Of a stretch of 10,305 bases of DNA, positions 1 through 8,613 are shown one piece after another. The position numbers were made by a program, and so were the translations under genes. Position 1 is the stretch's first letter; the number at the start of each line of letters is the position of its first letter. The stretch lies in the NCBI GenBank assembly GCA_054661495.1, contig BAAFSQ010000331.1:1-10305 (forward strand), given 5' to 3'. This stretch comes from Zygophlyctis sp. KS116 (Eukaryota; Fungi; Chytridiomycota). The notes beneath the pieces are model-generated. The model did not search any database and was not told the origin of the DNA. It worked only from the letters and a program-made list of their open reading frames with translations.

Positions 1-57
1 GGAAAGAGAAGAGCCGTAAAAAGTAGAGAGCAGAGCAAAGATTGCGATAACTTTCAT
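1..57 (-). CDS. 5' end of a putative secreted protein (signal peptide), truncated by the window edge
   Basis: The minus-strand ATG at 57 has an A-rich context (AAAATG) and is open to the edge. It reads MKVIAIFALLSTFYGSSLS: a basic residue, a hydrophobic core and small residues, typical of a signal peptide. It is divergent from the gene at 244. Confidence 0.6.
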   Translation of the reverse strand, partial: MKVIAIFALLSTFYGSSLS

Positions 58-243
58 TTTGCACGTTCACGCTTCTGATCAGCTCCTCTCATCACAAAAA
101 GCAGATGAATTTTCCTGCTGCAGCCTCGAATTTGATCAGCTTGAGTTGATATGATGTTTTCTGATGCATGCTCAATATTTGTTAAAGATTGTTTGATATT
201 ATATCTGTTTCAGATATGAAACCGTTTACTTGAGACATACCGC

Positions 244-1682
244 ATGGCGTTTAATACATTAAATACAATGGACAATGATTATGATGATCCAGAATTTAAT
301 CCATTATATTCATATCCAACTGATGAGAGTCTTTATCTATCCTTGCCAAAATCAACCACTAATTCCACTTCTGCTCTATCACCGATATCCGAGGAAGGAA
401 ACTCTGAATATGAAATTGTGAATGGATATTCATCCACAGATTCACTTTTAAATGATTCGATTGCTGGATCTAAAATGTACGATTTGATATCTGATCCTCT
501 ACCTCCAAGAGTACAGTCAAAAATACATCGCAGATCCCGAATGTCAGAGCCAAAAGGAAATGGTATAGAAGTAAATCTGAAAGAAGATTGTAAACCCACA
601 AACTCTGAAAACAACATAGATCAGAATATAGAGTGCGGAACAGATACTAGTGATCCTCAGACTAGTTTAGGAATCTCAACTGAGACTAAAGAAAATAAGC
701 ATACAAAGAACAAGGTACAGTTAATTTTATTAATACAAAGGATGACGATCTCTCTCTCCCAAAACAAAATAGCCAAAATGGAGAATTTGAAGATCTTATA
801 ATTGTTGTCGACGGCAATGAAGATATAATAGAAATAATAGACGAAATGGACTATAAGGATTTACCTCCAATTCCCGTTAATCAACCACCACCAATTACAC
901 CAATGATTAATCCTTTGCAAACTGTTTTCACCGAAAAACCTCTAAAGATTGACGAATGTGATTTCAAATTATCAAATGAATCAGGCGTTTCCCTTAAAGA
1001 ACCATCTCTACCATACAAACTCCAGCTAAAGTGTGCCCTTGGAAGCTTAACAGCTCAGAAATGGCTCGGTCACCGAAAAAAAAAGCCATCATATATTTTA
1101 TTGTGGTCAAGAATATTATTCTTGATTTATGGAATTGGGATTCTTATCTTGCAATGCCGAATATTGCCGATATCAACAGTTTTCACTAGTTTCAGTGGAG
1201 TATCTTGGATAATAATGCTTCTTTACTTAATCCTTAGCATTTTCGTCAGTATTAAATCTCCAAAAATTTCTTTTTGGCTTTCAAGCACTGGAATAATCTT
1301 ATATACACTTTTTGGAACATATGCATTATGCACACCTATACCATCAATGATAAAGATTATCCTTAATTCTCCTGAAAGTACCCAATCATGGATCGTGGAA
1401 CTTTCTCTTGGATCCTTTGGTTTGGTAGTGCAGCTCTTTGAAATGATCTTAAATCAAATTCAGCTATCATATCTAATAATGCCGGTCATTATAGCGATTA
1501 ACAGTCTGATCTGGACCAGTTTACTTACCATTAATGCATTTGTAAATGGATCTGTAGGCGAAGCATTTCCATGGATGAGCGCATATATAATACCAGGGGC
1601 TACTATATGTTTTTCATTTCCTGTTTTAACCTGCTGGATTGTTATAAATGGAAGTTTACATGGCGTTAGGTTGGCGTCGTGA
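244..1682 (+). CDS. Hypothetical integral membrane protein (~470 aa) with a long acidic, S/P-rich disordered N-terminus and about 5-6 C-terminal TM helices
   Basis: Exons are 244-714 and 741-1682. A 26-nt intron at 715-740 (GTACAG...CAAAG) joins ORF 244 in frame to the frame of ORF 846 (…KNK/DDDLSLPK…). Hydrophobic segments include ILFLIYGIGILILQ, VSWIIMLLYLILSIFV and LIMPVIIAINSLIW. Confidence 0.7.
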
Positions 1683-1694
1683 AAAATAAATCCA

Positions 1695-3822
1695 ATGGAT
1701 AAAAGCCATGACTTACGTAGGAGTCTTACTACAGAGGAAAAGCCTAGAGCTCCTCTACAGCATTTCCCATCTGAGCCTTTGCTGAGGCATATGAGAAAAG
1801 TTTCTCTATCTGTATTTCCAACAAAGGACAATCCTCCAGTAGAGTCTTCACTCAAGCTGACTCTTCGATTGGAAGACTACGAGATGGGACCGTGCATTGG
1901 ACAAGGCTCCTCTGCACTTGTACATATTGCTACCTATGCCCCGACAGGAATCAAGGTGGCTATCAAGGTTATTGACTTGGATATGTTTGAAAGGAATCAG
2001 ATTGACGAATTAAGGGTATGTTCTTCTATCTTATCATTACAATCATATATTTGCTAATACTATAGAGAGAAATTCAGATCATGAGTCTTTCAAAGCATCC
2101 TAATCTGTTACCTGTGTATGGCTCTTTTGTTGGAGGTTCAAAGTTATATATTGTTACTCCTTTATTGCTTTGCGGCTCAGCATTAGATATTATGAGAACT
2201 TCTCATAAGGCTGGATTTGAAGAGGTTGTAATTGCTACACTTCTTAAACAAGCTCTTCAAGGATTGGAGTATCTTCATAAAACAGGTCTGATTCATCGAG
2301 ATGTGAAAGCAGGAAACTTGCTGGTGGATAATGATGGACTTGTTCAGTTGGCAGATTTTGGAGTAAGTTCTAGTTTAATGGACTCTGGTGAGAGAAAGGG
2401 AATGCGAAAGACATTTGTTGTATGAAAAATCTTAATAATAATTAAAGGGTACTCCATCATGGATGTCACCAGAAGTTATGGAACAATCTGGATATGATTA
2501 TAAAGCTGATATATGGTCTTTCGGGATTACAGCTATTGAATTGGCCACAGGTCATGCACCGTATGCAAAGTACTCCCCTATCAAAATTCTAATGATGACA
2601 TTACAAAATGATCCTCCCACATTGGATAGGATTAATTGTAAGCACAAATTCTCAAAATCTTTTAAAGATATGATCGACTCTTGTCTCAAAAAAGATCCCA
2701 CTAAAAGGTATCAAGTTTTTAATTAAATTTAGACCAACCGCCGAAAAACTTCTCACTCATCCATTTTTCAAACAAGCAAAGAAACCTTCATACCTATGTG
2801 GTGCCATTCTGGACTCACTGGCTCCTTTAGTTAGCAGAAACAGGAGATTGAGTAATATATTTCTTTATAATATTAGAGGAAAGACCTGTCATGGATTCTC
2901 AGGACAGGATTGTGTCTTGGGACTTCCCAGACGATGATCATGATTATACAAGAGTCTCTCAAAATACCGACAGAACTAACGCTCTTGTTGCAAAGCTAGA
3001 AAAAGTGGAACGTAAAGGTTCAAGTATAAGATTCAGAATACCCGATGAAGATGATTCCCAAGGCTCATCTACATTTCAGAATCAAGAGATTTCCGATGCT
3101 ACTAATAGTGCTCCAACTCTAGTTACATCTGACTCTTCGAACCCTGTTGATAGTAACAAGAATGTTCAACCTCTACAACAACTTAAAGTCCAAAAAGGGA
3201 GATTCAGCATAGTGGAAGGCTCTGCATCTCCCTCTGAAAATGGAAGTCAATCTTCAAACCAGCAAACTTGCGAATCTCCAAAAGAGGAATCAGGAAAGCC
3301 CAATTTTTCTACTTGTAAGTGAAAAATATATAAAGAGTAGTGGAAAGAAAAATGGGTCGATTTGCTATTCAATCATCATTGCCTAAATCAAATGACAACC
3401 TCAATGATTCGGCACGTAGCTTGTCATCTACTGAAAATATATCAAATGAACCGAAACCCATTTCCAGATTTAAGAGAGCATCTGATGATTTATTAAGTGA
3501 TATTCCAATCAAAGACCCAAATTCTGGCGGTAATTATAATTATAAAAATAATATCCTAGATACAAAAGGTCGTTTTCAAGTCTCTGCAATTGTACAACAA
3601 CCAGCAGAAAAAATACAATCTCTGACAAAAACTTCCTTTCCAGGAATTGATTCTGAATTAGTGCATTCTGTACTGCAAGATCCCATGAATGGAATTTCGC
3701 AATTATCTACTGAAGAAAAATGCACACATATTCTTAATCATTGCAATAAGCAGCGGGTTCTTATTGAGCAATTACTAAGTATTATTCGGCAGAATGGGGG
3801 AGATCTGCCTACAAAAGATTAA
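1695..3822 (+). CDS. Ste20-family Ser/Thr kinase, OSR1/SPAK (Fray, GCK-VI)-like, ~650 aa
   Basis: Exons are 1695-2015, 2066-2419, 2448-2707, 2733-2851, 2877-3314 and 3341-3822, with a possible extra in-frame intron at 3530-3559. Motifs: [89 protein letters not shown] and [14 protein letters not shown]. The start codon is uncertain. Confidence 0.92.
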
Positions 3823-3826
3823 TAAA
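3821..3826 (+). other. Putative polyadenylation signal AATAAA overlapping the kinase stop codon
   Basis: TAATAAA spans 3820-3826. Similar AATAAA hexamers follow the stops at 1682 (1685-1690) and 8584 (8590-8595). Confidence 0.4.
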
Positions 3827-3909
3827 TCAATTGAATGCATTAAAATTTTTATCAGTCAAACCTCACCAGCCGCAATACTGGTTTGCGTGTGAGGCGTAGT
3901 TTAAAAAAA

Positions 3910-4169
3910 ATGGATTCAAAAGCCGCTGCACCAAAATTAGCTAGAGTTGTCAAAGTCTTGGGCAGAACTGGATCAAGGTATGTCTTGAGGGATTGATCAG
4001 TAGAGGTGCAGTTACTCAAGTCAGGGTTGAATTTATGGACGATTCAAATAGATCAATTATTAGAAATGTCAAGGGACCAGTCAGAGAAAATGGTAAATTA
4101 GACAATTCTAATCTTAAAGATATTCTAACTCTTTTGGAATCTGAAAGAGAAGCTAGAAGAATGCGTTAA
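3910..4169 (+). CDS. RPS28: 40S ribosomal protein S28 (eS28), 68 aa
   Basis: Absent from the ORF track. Exons 3910-3977, 4004-4092 and 4120-4169 (introns of 26 and 27 nt) give [68 protein letters not shown], which matches the eS28 consensus. Confidence 0.98.
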
Positions 4170-4177
4170 ATATAATG

Positions 4178-5747
4178 TTATATCATTATTCTATTTTGAG
4201 ATTTATAAATTCGATCTTTAATGGATTTCCATACCTAAAATTACAAATTAAATCCTTACAATTGGGAATCTAGAAGCGTAATGCGAGTGATCATGGCAAT
4301 GTTGATCTAGTGCCTTGTGAATTCCTGCCAGTTTACCAGAGTCATCCAATTTCAAATGGTACAATGCCCAAGAATGACGAAGTAATTCATTTACACCAGA
4401 CACAAATGGAACAAGGCTATCCAATTCAGAAGATTTACTAGTCCGATTGTGATTAGTAATGAGGTTACAAAGCTTTTTAGGAGTTTCAGAGTCTAAAAAA
4501 GTTGATAATTCAATAGATCCAAGGGAAGTAGGATCCCATTTCGCCAAATCTTGTTTTAAATTCTCTAGAGAAACCAAGGATTGTTGATCAATAGCTGAAT
4601 GTGGTCTTTTATCACCAGGATAATAATTTGAAGGATCCTTAATTGAGAGTATAGACACATCCGTCTCATTTTGAATCTTCAAGTCTGTAATTTCAGTTTC
4701 CTATTTGATAAAGAATAAAAGTTTACATTTTCATAAATTTCATCCATCTTGAGACTTGTAACCGAAACATGTACTTTTTCTCTAAAACATTAATTACCCA
4801 AATTACTGAATTGCTTTTAATACCATGTCAGAATGTCTATTAAATCTTCTAATTAGTCCTAAAGATTCCTTGACTTTCCCATGCCTCATTGTAAAGTCTA
4901 ATCTATTCCCAGTCTCTTCATGATCTTGATTTGTACTCGCTAGATCTAGTAAATTATTACTAGGAGTATAAATTAAATTTTTTGGAGAAATTAGTAAATC
5001 TTCATCATCAATTTCTGCATACATATCAAAAATATCACCAGAAATTTTAGTATTACTAGTTGAACCCATTTTTTTCCTATAATAGTATTGAGAAGAGAAA
5101 TATTTTATCCAAAATTCCTTCTCAGTCATTTTTAAAGGTACATTTTCCTGATAAGCCTTTAGTACAGCCGGATATGTAGTAAAAATAGAATGAATAATTT
5201 CTGGATTTAGAGTATACTTTAAATCATTTGAACTTTCCCCACTTCCACTAGGTTTAAGTTCAGAGAGTAAAAGAGAAGATGGACCTTTATTCTGACTATT
5301 TAACCATTCCTGTTCTTTTAATTTTTCCTTTAGAGTTTCCCAAAATTCATTTTCCTTTATAAATCCCTTATTAACCCAATTTTGATGATTTTGACAAAGT
5401 TTCAAATCTTTAGATAGAAGCTGTTGCCTAGTTTGTAAATCTATACTACTATCCTTTAATTGTAATTTATCCACTTTATCCTGTACAAGTCTTTGTGCAA
5501 TCCAATTTTTCACAGACTCTCTATCCTCTGGTTTTGAAAAAGTAAAAGAAACTGTAGAATCCTTTAATTGTAATTTTAGAATAATTTTCCCATTTGGTTT
5601 TAAAACATTTACAAACTGAGCTTGAATTAATTCAAAAGGTAAAACCAGCAGATTGTTTGTAGAGTCTTGTAAATCTGAAAACGAGAGTTGAGATTCCAAC
5701 AGGGTAATATTTCCCAGAGTTTTTTGATAAGTTGCAACAAGATTCAT
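4178..5747 (-). CDS. TFB1: General transcription/DNA repair factor TFIIH subunit Tfb1/p62 (GTF2H1), ~497 aa
   Basis: Minus-strand exons are 5747-4807, 4781-4727, 4700-4260 and 4234-4178 (introns of 25, 26 and 25 nt). It has an N-terminal PH-like region and two BSD-like segments (IKENEFWE; LNPEIIHSIFTTYPAVLKAYQENVPLKMTEKEFWIKYFSSQYY), plus LIRRFNRHSDMVL and NELLRHSW motifs typical of Tfb1. Confidence 0.9.
5451..5576. repeat. 18-nt direct repeat within TFB1
   Basis: atcctttaattgtaattt occurs at 5451-5468 and 5559-5576, and lies within the twice-encoded peptide KLQLKDS. Confidence 0.7.
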
Positions 5748-5816
5748 TTTTCCAAACTCTAGGTTTTACATTTTGGATTTGGGGTTGTACGTTTCTAGGG
5801 CGAGGCCTGTTTTTTA
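5748..5816. promoter_or_regulatory. 69-nt bidirectional promoter region between TFB1 and the UPF0658-like gene
   Basis: The ATGs at 5747 (-) and 5817 (+) are head to head, with a locally GC-richer patch (ctagggcgaggcct) between them. Confidence 0.55.
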
Positions 5817-6966
5817 ATGGAACAAGAAACAGACCAAGCCACTATACAGCCACAGAAATGCATATCCAGGGCTATTTCTTCGTCCTCTGTCTCTTCTACA
5901 GACTATATTTTCTCAAAACTACTTCCATGGATGTATACTGAAAAGAATAGACTGCTTTTAGGACAACAGGGAAGAAAATCTCTAATATTTTCCTTTTTTC
6001 AAGTCTTGATTATTGTTCCTTTGCAAATAACTACAATAGTTCTTATACTCTCTTATGTAGTTCCAAAGTTCTCTGACGGACCAGAGTACAAAAGGGCTGG
6101 TTTTATTCCCTTGTACGCATTTATTTCAATTTTAGCACAAATATTTCAATTTCATCTCTCTTATCAGTCTGCCAAATTTAAAAATACTGTACAGGTAGTT
6201 TTTATTGCAATTTTCAACCTTATTCAATTGTTATTTTCTGGTTTACAAGTCTATGAATGGAGATTTTACAAGAATTCACTAGACAAGACTTTTGAAAGAT
6301 TACAAATATTGTATCTAGTGATTAGTGTTTGTGGATTTAGTCTAGTATTTTCTTGTATTAGCTCTTGGAATGCTTTTGTAGTCTATAAAGAATTTGGATG
6401 GTCTTTATTTGAAAGGAATGGAGCTTCTTTGGAAAAAAAGAAAATGTTGTCATTATTTCATACTTGGTCAGTTTTATTAGAATTTTGTTGGTTTTTTAAT
6501 TTGTCTGTTCCATTACAAATATTTTGGGGATTAATTATAGATATTATTGATGGCACAAATGTTCCTCTATTGTATTCTAATTCAGTATTATGGTGGTCAT
6601 TGTCAGCATTAATTTGTTTATTTGACTTTTTATTGTACTTTTTTGGAAGAGTGGCTATAGCTCAAGGAAGGAAAATGGTTTCAATTTTTGTTTTCTCTCT
6701 ACTCTTTTTAACCTCTTTACTGATAATAATTGGGGCTTGTCTGATAGATTCTTCAAAGTTTTTATTTGTTTATAATTATTTCTTGTTTTTTGTGGTGGTA
6801 TCAATTGGGTTAAATGGAATTGCTGCATTTTATGGAATTTTGTGCTATTTAGAATTTAAAAATGGATTAGTCTTGTTGGGTAAATAGAATAACTGACTTT
6901 ATAGTTCAATCTCAGGCAGATTTCTTACAAAGAAATGAGCCAAGTATAAGGCAGATTATATTTTAA
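5817..6966 (+). CDS. Multi-pass membrane protein, UPF0658 (fungal Golgi membrane protein)-like, ~374 aa
   Basis: Exons are 5817-6879 and 6905-6966; the 25-nt intron at 6880-6904 has a CTGAC branch motif. About 8 hydrophobic helices are present. KNTVQVV and YKEFGWSLFERNGASLEKKKM resemble the family's 'N-T-I-Q' and 'EFGW..YK.IGAD' motifs as I recall them; no search was run. Confidence 0.7.
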
Positions 6967-7160
6967 ATATTAATATAAAATAGAATACTAATGTCTGATT
7001 TTCTAGAATTTAGACTATTGTTTGTGGAATTTAAAAACTCTTGAGAGATTACTGTCAATTACCATGTGCAAGATCACTGATTTATTAAAGTAGATGGTGA
7101 CGCACTTTAATCTGTCGGTGGGAAAGTCTGTGGTCGGGAAGAATTTTAGTATTTTAGAAA

Positions 7161-8584
7161 ATGAATGCAAGTTCTCTAGTCGGTAATTTAAATTATAGAT
7201 TTATCTTTAGATGCTGCAACATCAGAAACAAATACATGTGAAGACTGGGCTAGTATTATAGATGTTTGTGAAAGAGCGGATGAATCAGAGGCAATTGCGG
7301 ATGAAATTGTTGCGCACTTGTCAAAAAGGATAATGCATAAAAATGTAAATGTCGTTTTGTATTCTCTTACTCTGGCTAATTCGCTTCTTCAGAATTGCGG
7401 TGAACAGGTTCGTAGAGCATTGTCTAGTCGTATTTTTGTAGATTCTCTGTTGAAGCAATTGGCAGACAAAAAGGTTCATGGTACTGCAAAGTTTAGAATT
7501 CTAGATTTGATTCAACAATGGGCTGAACTGTATAAAAATGATGAGGGGATGGGATACTTGATTGGGACTTTTGAAGAATTAAAACGTCAGAGTATTTTGC
7601 TTTTGGATTTTGATTTACTATAGATTATCAATTTCCAAAGCCACATGAGCCAGAAAAACAGGATAAGAAGGCTTTGGCTGAAATTCAAAAGAAAAAAGAG
7701 CAAGAAGAGCTGGAATTGGCGGTATGATCTAATTTCGGTTTATATTTTAGCTTGCATTATCATTATCTACTGTCAAAGAGTCTCGAGATGTACTAGAAAA
7801 TTTATATTAAATTTTAGAACGCAAAGGCAAAATCAAAAAAGGCCACTGAAGATGTCAAACCAAGCCGGGAATTGTTTTGTGCTAAATCATTGTATGATTA
7901 TCCGGGATATGAAGAAGGTGAATTGCCGCTTTCTGCTGGTCAAGTAGTGAAAGTATTTGATAACACAACCTTTCACGATTGGTGGAAAGGAGAGGTAAAT
8001 GGAAAAATTGGAATATTTCCTTCGAATTATGTACAGGTGATTCAAGAACTTAGCCAATTATCAAATACTCAACATGTATCTGGTCCTGCTCCTGATTTTT
8101 CAGACGAAGGGTTTATAGCTTCAAATGCTGAAAGACTGGACAGGTTTCAACATATTGCTTCAAATTTTGATCCTCGTTCTAGTGTAACAGAAAACGAGGA
8201 GCTTCAGGAAAATTATTCGAAAATATTAGCAATGAGACCTAGGATTTTGAAGCTTCTTCACAATATATATTCCAAGTCTGGTAAGGTTTATATGTTTAAA
8301 TTCAGATGAGTTAACTCATGTTAATGATCGTTACAACTCAGCCCTGGGCATATATCAGAGATTGATGGAAATGTATGCTCATGAAAAAAGTAATTGTATG
8401 ATTTTAATTATTAGATCTTGAAGGCAGTTATGCACCGCAACAGGCTGGTGGGTACCAGCAAACTCGTTTTTCAAATTATGCACAACCTCCTTATCAGGAT
8501 GGGCAATATTTGACTTATTCAGGTCCAGCAGGATATGAATCTCAATATTATCCTCAAAATCCGAACAATAGGGGCGGTCCTTGA
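7161..8584 (+). CDS. HSE1: ESCRT-0 subunit Hse1/STAM (VHS-UIM-SH3-GAT/coiled coil, Q/Y/P-rich tail), ~418 aa
   Basis: Exons are 7161-7182, 7211-7591, 7624-7721, 7751-7789, 7818-8280, 8306-8389 and 8415-8584. VHS: VDAATSETNTCEDWASIIDVCE…KRIMHKNVNVVLYSLTLANSLLQNCG. UIM: EQEELELALALSLS, restored only after splicing. SH3: SLYDYPGYEEGELPL…DWWKGEVNGKIGIFPSNYV. Confidence 0.93.
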
Positions 8585-8613
8585 TTAATAATAAATATTA
8601 TATTTTTGTCCAA

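Noticed and set aside
148-166. C/D-box-like words (ATGATG…CTGA) as a snoRNA
   Set aside because: The C box is imperfect and the spacing is far too short for a guide RNA.
333-617. Minus-strand 94-aa ORF
   Set aside because: It is an antisense shadow of the 244-1682 gene with no recognisable features.
1680-1682. TGA as selenocysteine or a reassigned codon
   Set aside because: It is not in a redox motif, and no AUGA/AA/GA SECIS-like hairpin is visible after 3822. TGA also serves as a normal stop for HSE1 and the ADIP-like gene, and Trp is encoded by TGG.
1460-1855. Minus-strand 131-aa ORF spanning the TM/kinase junction
   Set aside because: It is antisense to two in-frame plus-strand CDSs and has no motif support.
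1695-3822. Kinase and other genes as frameshifted pseudogenes or programmed frameshifts
   Set aside because: Every break is explained by a GTA..AG mini-intron that restores the frame and conserved motifs.
5732-5941. Plus-strand 69-aa ORF
   Set aside because: It overlaps the TFB1 start, the promoter and the alternative frame of the 5817 gene, and has a non-ATG start.
7084-7111. 8-bp inverted repeat ATTAAAGT/ACTTTAAT as an ncRNA or terminator
   Set aside because: The stem is short and AT-rich, with no tRNA, snRNA or snoRNA box architecture visible.
7645-7947. Plus-strand 100-aa ORF
   Set aside because: It is a patchwork read through HSE1 exons and introns, not in the HSE1 coding frame.
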